A model generated the notes under the pieces. That model was not told the DNA's origin, made no database searches, and saw nothing but the letters and a program-made list of their open reading frames with translations. The translations under genes and the position numbers were made by a program. This document shows positions 49,263 to 59,277 of a DNA stretch of 64,000 bases, piece after piece. The stretch is from an uncultured virus (IMG/VR IMGVR_UViG_3300046501_000595) (taxonomy: Duplodnaviria; Heunggongvirae; Uroviricota; Caudoviricetes): the IMG/VR virus record IMGVR_UViG_3300046501_000595. One strand, 5' to 3'. The stretch's first letter is position 1. Each line of letters opens with the position of its first letter.

Positions 49263-49934
49263 CTACGGGTTTTGCTTGGCCTCGTTCCCCATATACTTGC
49301 CGCCGAAAGCGTAGGCTGCCCCGATGGTTTCGCGGATTCGTCGGTCGAGACGGTTAGCCTCTGGATCTTTGAGCTGAAAGTCCTGGTCAACCCAGGCCTT
49401 GGTCAGATCGCTGAGCAACTCATGGCTGTTGGCCTGTGGCGCCTCCTTGGTGAGGTACACCAGCGCCCCTACAGCGTAACCAACATCCTTGATCGACAGT
49501 GGCTCCTTTGTCGTGGCTGAGTACTGCTGAAGCACGCCGGAGTACCATTCATAGGCCTGGCGCATCTGCACCTGGTCGAGTTCACCAAGTCTTGCGGCAA
49601 GCTCAGGTGCAATCAACGCCTTCTGGCCGGGCAGCGGTTGCCCTGGAACAGTAAAAGTAGCTTTACCGAAGGTTTCCTCAACGAATGCCAGCTCTCCCTC
49701 TTCCCGTCGACCGTCGACGTTCACCATCAATGCCGAGATGGCGCCGGCCAACGCGGACGGGTTGGACTTGATGTTTGTCAGCAAACGCACCTGCTTCTGC
49801 AGGCCTTCACTGGTCAGGAGTTGGGCGTGTTCGGTTTCAGCCTTGACGGTGTGGCTCTGAAACAGGGAATGACAGGTGGCGCCGGCGATGAAACTAAAGC
49901 CGATAATCCCCACAGTTTTGAGGCTGAGACGCAT
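49263..49934 (-). CDS. Membrane-anchored protein (paralog family C)
   Basis: AAGGAG RBS; N-terminal TM; LAGAISALMVNVDGRREEGELAF. Confidence 0.75.
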   Translation of the reverse strand: MRLSLKTVGIIGFSFIAGATCHSLFQSHTVKAETEHAQLLTSEGLQKQVRLLTNIKSNPSALAGAISALMVNVDGRREEGELAFVEETFGKATFTVPGQPLPGQKALIAPELAARLGELDQVQMRQAYEWYSGVLQQYSATTKEPLSIKDVGYAVGALVYLTKEAPQANSHELLSDLTKAWVDQDFQLKDPEANRLDRRIRETIGAAYAFGGKYMGNEAKQNP

Positions 49935-50063
49935 AGAAAGCTCCTTGTGGTCGTGGCCCATGGTCACGCGTTGCCCTCTTCCCGTCAATTATCTCCATAT
50001 CTTTGAAGGGACAAAAAAGGCCGGAGGTGTTATCCCCCGGCCTCTGGCTATTCGAACCGAACG

Positions 50064-50411
50064 TTATTCATCGACCTCGACAGTGAACGTTGACCGTCCG
50101 CTTGCCTCGAATCGCTTTTTCAACTCAGGCCGTAGCACCTCGATGAAGTTTTTGCTGTTGTGCGAAGCCTCATGAATCAGGGCGTCGAGGGAGTCATGCC
50201 GGCTGTAGTCCTCTCCCGCTTCACGCATCTTGTCCTGATAGGCCTCCTCCAAGATGTCCTGATCCCTTTCGAGCAAGAGCCTGGCCAGATACCGTAAACA
50301 TTCCCGCTTGGTCTTACCTGATGCTAAGCCGTGGTCGTAGTCATCATGGTGCAAGATCCAGCACGATGAGTGCTTGTCGATGTAGAAACCTTCGTAACTC
50401 ATTCTGTCCAT
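50064..50411 (-). CDS. Hypothetical protein
   Basis: 115 aa followed by a terminator at about 50013-50043. Confidence 0.65.
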   Translation of the reverse strand: MDRMSYEGFYIDKHSSCWILHHDDYDHGLASGKTKRECLRYLARLLLERDQDILEEAYQDKMREAGEDYSRHDSLDALIHEASHNSKNFIEVLRPELKKRFEASGRSTFTVEVDE

Positions 50412-50980
50412 AGCTTGGTTTCAACAGGTGCAGGTGGGTTTGCTGCGGCTTCAGCAGCTTCTGCCTGCTTGCGTTTTTCGATGGCTTCGTTGCGGCGACG
50501 AATGTAGTCCGCGTTCGGCTCTTCCATGTACTCAGGGTCGAAGTTGCGGTGAATCACGTAGATTCCGTTGACCTTCAGGATCAGTGACGAGGTGATAAAC
50601 GACGTCGCGATGCCTGTGGTGGCCATCTCGAGCCAGCGGAAGGCATGCCAGGCCACTATCCAGTCTGCATCGAAGGCGTCTGGCCAGGTCGAAACCACCC
50701 AGCGGTTCATGAAAATCGTCACCACCGTGAAGATCACAACCAAGATGGTCTCAGCCAGCCAGGTTAGCCAGATCTGCTTCGTGTGTTTATCGAATGCAGG
50801 CAGGCCTACGGTCAGGTTGTCCTTCATACGCTTTTTAAGAGCGACAGACTGATCAAGTTTGGAGCCGGCGTAGCACCACGTCGCCAGGATGTTCACGAAC
50901 GGAATGAGCACTAGAATGCCTACGGTCAGCAGGGCCTTAAAGCGTTGCACGGTTGACCAAAAGGCCATGAATCTTTTCAT
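50399..50980 (-). CDS. Membrane protein (about 3 TM)
   Basis: Hydrophobic segments; start trimmed to MKRF. Confidence 0.65.
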   Translation of the reverse strand: MKRFMAFWSTVQRFKALLTVGILVLIPFVNILATWCYAGSKLDQSVALKKRMKDNLTVGLPAFDKHTKQIWLTWLAETILVVIFTVVTIFMNRWVVSTWPDAFDADWIVAWHAFRWLEMATTGIATSFITSSLILKVNGIYVIHRNFDPEYMEEPNADYIRRRNEAIEKRKQAEAAEAAANPPAPVETKLWTE

Positions 50981-51148
50981 TTCAGCGCCGATCTCACAGG
51001 TGATTTGAGGGGGTTGTGCGCGTAGGGCGCGGTTTGGAGCACGAAGCCTATAAGCTGACTGCACGCGCTGTCAATTCATGCCTATTGATTGATGGCCATA
51101 TCGCACCATGTTAAAGTGATATCCACCCCAACCCCCAAGGAATTCAGC

Positions 51149-51466
51149 ATGTCCGGTAAGATCACCATGCAGGCCCTCGCTCTAAGGCAGCTGTCAGTCA
51201 TCCTTGATGATGAGCAGGCGCTCAGCTTGTGGGAAGAGGTAAAAGCGGAACTCATGCAGCGCGGTATGGAGAACACCGTAAAAGAGGTCGAAAGCAGCAC
51301 AACCGGCAACCTCGACACCTACCCAAGAAATGATGTCCTGCTGGTGTTCGCAGTCATCATGACCGACCACGAAGATTGGCCATGCAACGGCGACCGCAAA
51401 AGTCATGGAGACTTCGTGAATCAGTTGGTTGCGACCCTCAAAGAGCGCGGGTACACGCCGGCATGA
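51149..51466 (+). CDS. Hypothetical protein (distant member of family A)
   Basis: AAGGA RBS; WPCNGD...DFVNQL...RGY. Confidence 0.65.
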   Translation: MSGKITMQALALRQLSVILDDEQALSLWEEVKAELMQRGMENTVKEVESSTTGNLDTYPRNDVLLVFAVIMTDHEDWPCNGDRKSHGDFVNQLVATLKERGYTPA

Positions 51467-51514
51467 CGTCGCCCTCCCTCCACCCTGTCATCACCACATC
51501 CTCAAGGCTCTGTC

Positions 51515-52348
51515 ATGCCCCTACCCGATAAATTCAGTGTCAGCACCTACAAGGGCCTGCTCATGGCCAGCGTGGCGCTGCTGTCTTTCGTGGTTCTGTT
51601 CTTTGTGCCGGCGATCAGTCAGGATCCGGCCTATCACCTGTTTGTGGATCACCGACACTTGCTGGGAGTCGACAACTTCTGGAACGTCGCCTCGAATCTG
51701 CCGTTTGTGTCGCTGGGTATCTGCGGGCTGGTGCTGACCTACTTCGTGAAGAAGCGCCGGGCCGGGGTTATCGCTGCAGATGAGGCAACACCCCTGTTTA
51801 CGACGTTCTTCATCGGTATCCTGCTGACCGGCTTCGGCTCGGCGTACTACCACTACAACCCGACCAACCTGACCCTGGTCTGGGACAGGCTACCCATGAC
51901 CATCTCGTTCATGGCCTTTTTCTGCATGGTGATTGGGTACCACGCGAGCATGACCTTGGCAAAAGCACTGCTGGCGCCGCTACTGCTGCTGGGTGCTGCA
52001 TCGGTCTGTTACTGGTGGTACACCGAAGCAAACGGCCACGGCGACCTTCGCCCCTATGTCCTGGTGCAGTTCCTGCCCATCGTTTTGGTGCCGATCCTGA
52101 TCAGCAAGACCAAGGCAGAGTTTTTGAAGTCAAAAACCGTCTGGCTGGTGATCACTTATTACGCCTTGGCGAAGGTGTGTGAACACTGGGATGGTGCGAT
52201 CTATGAGGTATTCCTCTACCTGAGTGGCCACTCGATTAAGCACATGATCGCTACCCTGGGAGCTTATGTGGTTTATGTACACATGAAGCGGGATTTCCGC
52301 AAGGATATGGCAGCCGGGGGCCGAACTGAAAAGACCGACCTCGCCTAA
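51515..52348 (+). CDS. Alkaline ceramidase-like (CREST) multi-TM hydrolase
   Basis: NVASNLPF, GSAYYH, WDRLPM, SGHSIKH. Confidence 0.85.
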   Translation: MPLPDKFSVSTYKGLLMASVALLSFVVLFFVPAISQDPAYHLFVDHRHLLGVDNFWNVASNLPFVSLGICGLVLTYFVKKRRAGVIAADEATPLFTTFFIGILLTGFGSAYYHYNPTNLTLVWDRLPMTISFMAFFCMVIGYHASMTLAKALLAPLLLLGAASVCYWWYTEANGHGDLRPYVLVQFLPIVLVPILISKTKAEFLKSKTVWLVITYYALAKVCEHWDGAIYEVFLYLSGHSIKHMIATLGAYVVYVHMKRDFRKDMAAGGRTEKTDLA

Positions 52349-52428
52349 GTGATTCTCGGGTGTACTTGAATCCATCTTGGTGCGTCAGTCATGCTCATGC
52401 TATGCGCAGGCAATTGAGGTGATTAATC

Positions 52429-53016
52429 ATGAGTACCAAGAAAACTGGGATTGCAATTGGGCCCATACGACCTCTGAGTAACACGCTCCCTTCCCCGGAG
52501 CACCCACTGCCAGCCAAGCTTGCAAGTTTTCCTGCAGCAGAAAGCCCTAAAACCTCAGTGTTTTCTCGTGGGTTGAACGTTATCCAATCGGCGCTGAGCA
52601 GGCTTATAGGTTCAGAGCCATCGAAAATAGATGGCTCTGACCGAGGCATGGTTGATGGCGGCGCTCCGAAAGACTTCCCGACCAAGCTGTTTAAGCAATT
52701 GGAGCCTGCAAGTCTGGGCATGGTAGATGGTGGCGTTCGGAAAGACTTCCCAACCGAGATCTTTCAGAACACCAACCGCTCTGAAAATGAAGTTTTTGAC
52801 CTGCCTGTGCCAAAAGCGCGGACTCTTGACGAGTTAAAACAGTACACAGGCCTTTCCATGATGCAGCTAGGGCCGCTGCCGATTCTTGACATGGGTATGG
52901 TCGATAGGCCGGCGACTTCCGTTACGGCGGAGGTTGCAAAGGTTGAGTCGGATCAGCTGAAGGTTAGAGTGAAACCCGCTGAGCGCCCAAGGGATTCCGA
53001 AGGGCCGAGCTTGTAG
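52429..53016 (+). CDS. Low-complexity protein with GMVDGG..KDFPT repeats
   Basis: GAGG RBS; 24-aa repeat; tail RPRDSEGPSL. Confidence 0.7.
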   Translation: MSTKKTGIAIGPIRPLSNTLPSPEHPLPAKLASFPAAESPKTSVFSRGLNVIQSALSRLIGSEPSKIDGSDRGMVDGGAPKDFPTKLFKQLEPASLGMVDGGVRKDFPTEIFQNTNRSENEVFDLPVPKARTLDELKQYTGLSMMQLGPLPILDMGMVDRPATSVTAEVAKVESDQLKVRVKPAERPRDSEGPSL

Positions 53017-53342
53017 AGATCACAGAAAAGACCCTGTTGGGCCTAGGGGGTTTCAAACTGTTTTTCGGTTGGATTATATTGATTAGGCAGCCCTAGGAAC
53101 CTCCACTCCCGTGCGTCACGAAACGGTGAAGAGACTAGGTTATGTGACGGCCCCGCTCTGCGGGGCCTCATCGTTTCAGTTCCGTCCAAAACCGCGCCCT
53201 GGCCTCGATACAGGATTTTTACTTCTCTACACCCTTGCTCCCTAGCGATAATGGAAAGAAATTGCGCACGAGCAGCGGTAAGGGTTTTCAACCATTCTAA
53301 GATTGAGATGAAGACTCGCTGCTCCGAGCCAAGGGGGTATCG

Positions 53343-54323
53343 GTGCAGCCAGGCTCATCATGGTCTTCGACCATTCTGCAGAAGCTGGGCGTTTCGAGCG
53401 CCGTAGTGATCCAAACGAGGCCTGAGCTTAAAGCTCGTGGCGTAGCATGTCTTCTGACTGCTGCGCTGGCCATGTCCTCCATTCCCGCCATGGCGCAAAC
53501 CCAGCCTGTCGCACAGGCGCCGCCTGCCGTCGAAATCAACTTTCCAGCAAACCAGCCTGACACCTCCAGTATTGGTCGTTCAGGCCAGTGGTTCTCCGGA
53601 CAGAAGGCTTCATCAGAAGTCACCCGCAAGCTTGCGTATGAATCGATGATTTCGAGTTCCGCCGAGTTGCCACCCAGCGGCAAGCTCAAGGCTGTGAATC
53701 GGTTTTTCAACGAACAGATCCTTTACCAGACCGACCTGCAGGCCTGGAGCAAAAAGGATTACTGGGCAACTCCTAGCGAGACCTTGGCCAAAGGCGCCGG
53801 TGACTGCGAAGACTTCGCTATCGCGAAATACTACGCCCTGAAAGAGCTGGGGCTGGATGAAAGTAAGCTCAAGATCGTTTACGTCAGATCAAACCAGTTC
53901 AAAGATCCGCACATGGTGCTGGCCGTCACCGGCAAGCCGGGCGGTGATCCTCTGATCCTGGACAACATCGCCAAGAACATCTCCACCCTCTCCAACCGCA
54001 CTGACCTGACGCCGGTTTACGCTTTCAACGACTCTGGGCTCTACATGCCCAACGATGACACCCTTATGGCCGGGCCAGAGCGCTTATCCAAATGGCAAAC
54101 CGTCATGACCAAAGTCGCTGGCGAGCAGCGAAGCACGACCCTGGCCTCGAACAACGACGGCAAGCCCTTGGATATGTCGATGCTATCGACCGGAGAGCTC
54201 AAGTCTTCCAGCGACATTGGCCAGCATCTCAGGGCTGATTTGGTATCTCAAAAGGCACCTATCTCCCCCGAGAGGACGAAGGTCGACCGATGTGAGTTCG
54301 GCCCAAGCTTTGGCGGATGCTAG
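53343..54323 (+). CDS. LapG-like transglutaminase-like cysteine protease (peptidase C93/BTLCP)
   Basis: VNRFFN, DYWATP.E, GDCEDFAIAKY, HMVL, ILDN; signal-like segment. Confidence 0.9.
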   Translation: MQPGSSWSSTILQKLGVSSAVVIQTRPELKARGVACLLTAALAMSSIPAMAQTQPVAQAPPAVEINFPANQPDTSSIGRSGQWFSGQKASSEVTRKLAYESMISSSAELPPSGKLKAVNRFFNEQILYQTDLQAWSKKDYWATPSETLAKGAGDCEDFAIAKYYALKELGLDESKLKIVYVRSNQFKDPHMVLAVTGKPGGDPLILDNIAKNISTLSNRTDLTPVYAFNDSGLYMPNDDTLMAGPERLSKWQTVMTKVAGEQRSTTLASNNDGKPLDMSMLSTGELKSSSDIGQHLRADLVSQKAPISPERTKVDRCEFGPSFGGC

Positions 54324-56445
54324 AGATAATCGTCTTACCTAGTGCTGCAAGATCGGGTTTCCTCGGGCGTGCAGCGACAATTCTCGCGAGCTTCTGAGTC
54401 CGCTTGTTGCCAGGCAGTTGGGTTTTCTTGGCATCGGCGAGAGGATTTTTGGACTTTCCAAAATCTGCCAGGGTTTGCGTGGCGAAGAAAGTGCCACCGA
54501 ACTTCCTGCCAGAGCGGAACATCGAGGTGAGCGAGCCTGTATCTTCTCTCGAAACTGGATTGTGTACGTACTGGTAGATGCCTTTGGCCCGGATGGCATC
54601 CATCTGTGCACGCTTCTCGCGGAAAGTATTCAGCTCAGATACATTCTTCCTTTGGCTTTCAAGCGCCTTGAAGAACCCGGAAACCTCATCGTGGATCTCG
54701 GTGATGTTCATGGTTTCAAGCAATTCAACCTGCACTGGAGTGAGAGCCTCACCCGCCTTCGTGGCATCCATCAGGATCAGTAGCTGTTCGACGCAAAGCA
54801 TCACATCCCTCATTGAGGGGTGATCTGACCTGGTCACTTCCCTGCCAGCTGAAAGCCGGTTCAGAGCAAAGATCAGGCTGCACAAGTACGACGGCACCCG
54901 CTCTGGCCCAAGTTGATCATCTCCCAGGTTTGCACGGTAAGCGTTCGGATGCTGGTTGGCATTGAAGTAGTACATCCAGCCAAGGGTTTGCGGGGTGAAC
55001 ATACTGAATTGCGGGAGCATAGGAGCAATCAGATCCCCCACTCGCTGACAATTCCTTTGGCTATGGTTTTCTTCCATGAGCCTGCTGTCCGGATCAAAGT
55101 CGCCAGAAGCCCCTGAGTTATCCAGCATCTGGGCTTTAACGTGTTCATTGAGGTTGACCGATGAGTATTGGCTCAGCGCCAAAGCCAGCTTAACGAGCAG
55201 GCCGTCGCTGTAAGCCTCCACAACCGCGTTCTCAGCCTGTTTCGCTTTAGCATCGATCTGTGCCAACAAATGCTCATGAAACGCCTTAGACCAGGCAGGG
55301 AAAGACTCCTGGGTGTCTTTGGTTGGCTTGTCGGTGAAGTCTGCGACAAGGTTATGGAGCACGGCAGGCACGCTCGACTTGTTCATCCAGGCATTGTTGC
55401 GAATGTAGACCTGGCCGTACTCGACGAATGTGTCATTCGGTGGCGGCAGGCTATCAAGCGAGCTATCCCCACCTGTCATGTAATTGATCACCCTCAAATC
55501 ATGTGCAGCTCGACTGATCGTACAGCCGTCGATCTTTGCGGACTCGAGTTCCGCCCTGCATCCGTCATCACACGGATCACTGAATCCCTCGTCAAAGTGA
55601 ACAGGCTCGCCACGCATGATCATCAGCTTAGCCTGATGGATGCGATCAGAATCACGCTGGAATTTGTACGGAATCATGCCGCCCAGAGGATCGTTGAAAA
55701 TGCGATGGCCACCACCGATGTTGAGGAGCTGTATGCCGTCCTGATATTTGTCGTAACCGCTAACTGCCTCCAGGGCACCAGTGAATGCCTCTGGAATCAG
55801 GTGTTCCTTGAAGAACTTGAGCCTACGCTTGTCCTTAGTCAGCATGCGATAGCCAGATAGCGTGGCAAGCTTTTCATCCAGGTCTTTGGGCAACACCTTG
55901 AATTTCTTGCGCAGTCGATCAAAGGTGAACCCGCGACCATCGCTAAAAAGGGCCAGTTCGAAAGGTGGTGCGCCGGCATCCAGCAGCTCGGGGGTTTCCT
56001 TGATCCAGTTACCAAACAGACCTTGCCCGACGTAGTAACCGTATTCGTCCTGGATGTAGAACATACCGTTGGTAGTCCGACTCCCCTGCGCCTCTTCCAG
56101 GGCTTCTTTACGCGCCTCATTGGTAAACCGGTCAGCCGCGAGATATTTCAGGTCGTCTGACGGGAAGATCTCCAGCAGTTTGAAATAGCTCAATAGACCC
56201 GCAGCGAAAGCGTTCCAGAGGATGGCCTCCTGTAGACCAGCGCGGCTTATCGGAGAATCCTCGAAGGCCGACCACTCCCCCACGCAATCGAGCAGCGTGA
56301 AATGATCGTCATACCCAAAGAACTTGGCTACGGCATCCTCAAACGGCCCAGCGGGTAGCTGCTCGGCAGGCCATGCAGCCTGTAGCTTTGGAGTTATCCG
56401 AGAAAGGAAGTGCTGGAGATCGGTTTGCTCGAGTGGGATGCGCAT
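54259..56445 (-). CDS. Large hypothetical protein
   Basis: About 728 aa ORF; upstream TTGACA-17 nt-AATACT. Confidence 0.75.
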   Translation of the reverse strand: MRIPLEQTDLQHFLSRITPKLQAAWPAEQLPAGPFEDAVAKFFGYDDHFTLLDCVGEWSAFEDSPISRAGLQEAILWNAFAAGLLSYFKLLEIFPSDDLKYLAADRFTNEARKEALEEAQGSRTTNGMFYIQDEYGYYVGQGLFGNWIKETPELLDAGAPPFELALFSDGRGFTFDRLRKKFKVLPKDLDEKLATLSGYRMLTKDKRRLKFFKEHLIPEAFTGALEAVSGYDKYQDGIQLLNIGGGHRIFNDPLGGMIPYKFQRDSDRIHQAKLMIMRGEPVHFDEGFSDPCDDGCRAELESAKIDGCTISRAAHDLRVINYMTGGDSSLDSLPPPNDTFVEYGQVYIRNNAWMNKSSVPAVLHNLVADFTDKPTKDTQESFPAWSKAFHEHLLAQIDAKAKQAENAVVEAYSDGLLVKLALALSQYSSVNLNEHVKAQMLDNSGASGDFDPDSRLMEENHSQRNCQRVGDLIAPMLPQFSMFTPQTLGWMYYFNANQHPNAYRANLGDDQLGPERVPSYLCSLIFALNRLSAGREVTRSDHPSMRDVMLCVEQLLILMDATKAGEALTPVQVELLETMNITEIHDEVSGFFKALESQRKNVSELNTFREKRAQMDAIRAKGIYQYVHNPVSREDTGSLTSMFRSGRKFGGTFFATQTLADFGKSKNPLADAKKTQLPGNKRTQKLARIVAARPRKPDLAALGKTIISSIRQSLGRTHIGRPSSSRGR

Positions 56446-56592
56446 GGGTTGCTCAACTGGCAAGCCCGGTACGCGTGAGCGCCGCCCCCGTTGTTACAGC
56501 GGAGGGAATCCAGGCCTGGTGGTTAAAATCAGGCCTGGAGTATTCTTAATTATCGAACAATTGTCAAAAATTGACATGTGCGCCACGGGGCA

Positions 56593-57438
56593 TTACGGGG
56601 ATGGTGAGTCGTCCAGCTCGCGCTTTGGTGCTGGCGGAATCGACACTACACCTTGTGCGTCAATCTCGAACAGGGTGATCACCGCTGTAGGCGTCTCAGC
56701 ATCGTAGAAGAACTCTCCCTCGTTGGTCGCTTTAAAGATCTTGGAGGCCGGCACGCGGGCCATGGTTACGTGTTGCGGCTCACATTCGTAGATGGCGGTC
56801 GTCACGGCGTGATCCAGGGTCATCCGAAGCATGCGTTCTTCGGGGCTGCGGGCCTGATTACCCTCTTCGTAGTCGTTGAGCACCCGCTTTGCAAGGCGCG
56901 GCAATGTGCGGTACACCGCTATGTAGGCGTAGTCCATAGGGAACAGGTGCTTTACTTCGGTGCTCATCGCCCGGATCAGGGAGTATTCTTGCGGAAACGC
57001 AATGTCTTTGAGGCACTCACCACGGTTGCGCTCGCGGCGTTCCTGGATCGAAGCTGGATTAAGCAGGTGTCCAAACTTCTGCTGGAGCTCGTCTTCGTAA
57101 AAGCGAGCGCCCACCAGGGTGCCCTTGGCCACGTAGACTTCGTTGCTGCCGGAAGACTCGCCAGAGATGATGTCGGCTTCGTCATAGCTGTAGTCCAGGA
57201 TCACGTCCTTGTCGTCAGTGCCCTCGACGTAGTACTGGAGGAAGTTCAGGTCGGTGCCCAGGAAGAAACCGCCGCGACCGACGCCACCGGTATTGACCGA
57301 TCCGATGGTCAGATCCACCGGCCAGCGCATTTCAAGGGTCTGCGCCTTGAGATCCTGCATGCTGAAAGAAACGACTCTGTGACCTACTGGCATCGAAAAC
57401 CTCGGAACGACTCTGGGGACTTCTCCCGCGTTGATCAC
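56593..57438 (-). CDS. Hypothetical protein, possible ART-like domain(s)
   Basis: VYRTLP...AVT...VPASKI...GEFFY; tail KRELDDSPSP. Confidence 0.6.
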   Translation of the reverse strand: MINAGEVPRVVPRFSMPVGHRVVSFSMQDLKAQTLEMRWPVDLTIGSVNTGGVGRGGFFLGTDLNFLQYYVEGTDDKDVILDYSYDEADIISGESSGSNEVYVAKGTLVGARFYEDELQQKFGHLLNPASIQERRERNRGECLKDIAFPQEYSLIRAMSTEVKHLFPMDYAYIAVYRTLPRLAKRVLNDYEEGNQARSPEERMLRMTLDHAVTTAIYECEPQHVTMARVPASKIFKATNEGEFFYDAETPTAVITLFEIDAQGVVSIPPAPKRELDDSPSP

Positions 57439-57567
57439 CCATTATTCACTGTGCAGCCTGGCCAGGCCAAGAGGATTCGAGAAGAGTCGCCCCTTCCCCG
57501 GCACGGGGCCTCCCATGGCGAGCATCGTCATGATAGTCTAATGCCATTACTTTCAGTGAGGCCTGCA

Positions 57568-58461
57568 ATGGACTCTGTGCTCAAAGCTTTGTATCCAACC
57601 AAAACCGAAAATGTGATCGACGTTGTTGAGGCCTGTGGGCACGACATCACTCCCTGGGGAGTCAATCAGGACGGTTCGGTGGTTAAAAATCCAAGTACCA
57701 ACCAGAACCGGGTGCACAATTGGGCGTTTGAATACCCTGGCCAGCTCAGCTTGGTGCTTCTGTGGCACAAGAAAATGCGTGTAACCGAGGCAGGTATCAC
57801 TTACACCATCGCGCCTTGGGATGAATTTCATCGGTACAAAGCTGAAGGCGCCCCAAAGCGAGCACAATCAGCCAAGAAGCTGGCTGCTATCCTATTTCAA
57901 GCTCATCGAGAAGAGCAGAACCTGCATGTGGCCATCGTAGCTCCAGACCCGCGAAAGTCAGAGGACGCCACTGATAGCGTTAAGTATCGGCAACTTGACG
58001 ACGAACTCTGGCATGTTGGCCGGTTTGACCAAGACTCAATGGAATTCGACATCGTCCGTGGGCCGCGCAAGGTCGGGGACTCCGTAAAACAACTCGTGCT
58101 GCCGGCGCCTACCGAGGAAACCTACAGCGTGGGCGTTGTGGATCAGTTCATTGGCTCAGACAGGCCGGACACGTATGAGATCAACGGCAAGGTCTGCCGA
58201 CGAGACCCAAAGGTTCGCCAGGCAGTGATGCAGCGTTCAAACGGAGCTTGCGAACACTGTGGCCAGAAAGGCTTTAAGACCATTGGCGGCGAATACTACT
58301 TGGAGTCGCACCACGTGAACCCCTTAAGCGAGGGCGGGCCCGATCTGGAAAGCAACGTCATGGCGCTCTGCCCTGCTCATCACCGGGAAGCACACTTTGG
58401 CATGGAAAGGGATAGGTTGCGGGAGCTGCTGCTGGAGGGCTTAGCGAAGATGGGGTACTGA
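57568..58461 (+). CDS. HNH endonuclease
   Basis: RDPKVR...CEHC...LESHHV.PLSEGG.D...N..ALCPAHHREAH; GAGG RBS before ATG 57568. Confidence 0.9.
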   Translation: MDSVLKALYPTKTENVIDVVEACGHDITPWGVNQDGSVVKNPSTNQNRVHNWAFEYPGQLSLVLLWHKKMRVTEAGITYTIAPWDEFHRYKAEGAPKRAQSAKKLAAILFQAHREEQNLHVAIVAPDPRKSEDATDSVKYRQLDDELWHVGRFDQDSMEFDIVRGPRKVGDSVKQLVLPAPTEETYSVGVVDQFIGSDRPDTYEINGKVCRRDPKVRQAVMQRSNGACEHCGQKGFKTIGGEYYLESHHVNPLSEGGPDLESNVMALCPAHHREAHFGMERDRLRELLLEGLAKMGY

Positions 58462-58487
58462 GGGATGGCCAAGTGGCCGATAAAGCT

Positions 58488-58512
58488 ACTCCAGGGCCGA
58501 GCGGCCCTGGAG
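58488..58512. terminator. Hairpin between convergent genes
   Basis: CTCCAGGGCC-GAGC-GGCCCTGGAG. Confidence 0.6.
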
Positions 58513-58522
58513 ATCTGGGATG

Positions 58523-59020
58523 TTACGCCGCTTTGTTGATCAGCGTGGTGACATTGAAACCTTCGGATGCTGGGGATGCATCACCCATCGAGGCGCTGTA
58601 AACAGCGAACAGGCTGGTCAGATCCTGGTTAATGTTGATCCACCAGTTCAGGATCTGCAGGAAAATATCGTTCATCGGCTTCTTGACCGCGATCTTTTCG
58701 GCGCTGATTGCTTCGCGCATGCCAGGCAGTAAACGCACGACAAACTTGTTGATCTCGCCACCGCGCTGCGAGCGCTCACGGCTGTGAATTTCCGTGAATT
58801 TGTCGAAACCGACTTGGGCAACAAGCAGTTGCTGGAATTTCAGCAGATCAGGCTTGTGCAGCAGCCAGGACTCAACGGCCATGACAATTTCGCTGTTCGT
58901 GCTGCGGTGGCTGCGCTCGGCCAGATCGTTGATGGCCTGGTTCAGGTCTTTCGGAATCCTGATCACGAATTTGGGGGCGGAGCGAGACGGGCAAGTGTTG
59001 GCGGCTTTGGTGCTTGTCAT
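58523..59020 (-). CDS. Tandem Arc/AmrZ-like ribbon-helix-helix protein
   Basis: APKFVIRIP...HRSTNSEIV and NKFVVRLLPGMREAI. Confidence 0.82.
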   Translation of the reverse strand: MTSTKAANTCPSRSAPKFVIRIPKDLNQAINDLAERSHRSTNSEIVMAVESWLLHKPDLLKFQQLLVAQVGFDKFTEIHSRERSQRGGEINKFVVRLLPGMREAISAEKIAVKKPMNDIFLQILNWWININQDLTSLFAVYSASMGDASPASEGFNVTTLINKAA

Positions 59021-59277
59021 GTGGAATTTCCGTGAAAAGTCTAAAATTCTTGGGCTCGGGACTGAGTAATGGTTCCCTGATTTCGTTTTGGTATCATGGC
59101 GTAAAAAGTCAAACATATCAATAGTATTGACACGAAAAATCTAACTCGCCCCACCCTCAAATTTTTAGGTGCGCGCAATGCCCCGTTCTAGAGGCCTTAA
59201 AGGTGTTATCGACCTCATTGCCAGCGGGTCATATCCTGACATATATTCAATGAATAATGCCTAAACCAGGGGCCATC

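Noticed and set aside
56653..58461. 602-aa HNH fusion ORF
   Set aside because: The first ~300 aa are the antisense shadow of 56593-57438; an RBS supports a start at 57568
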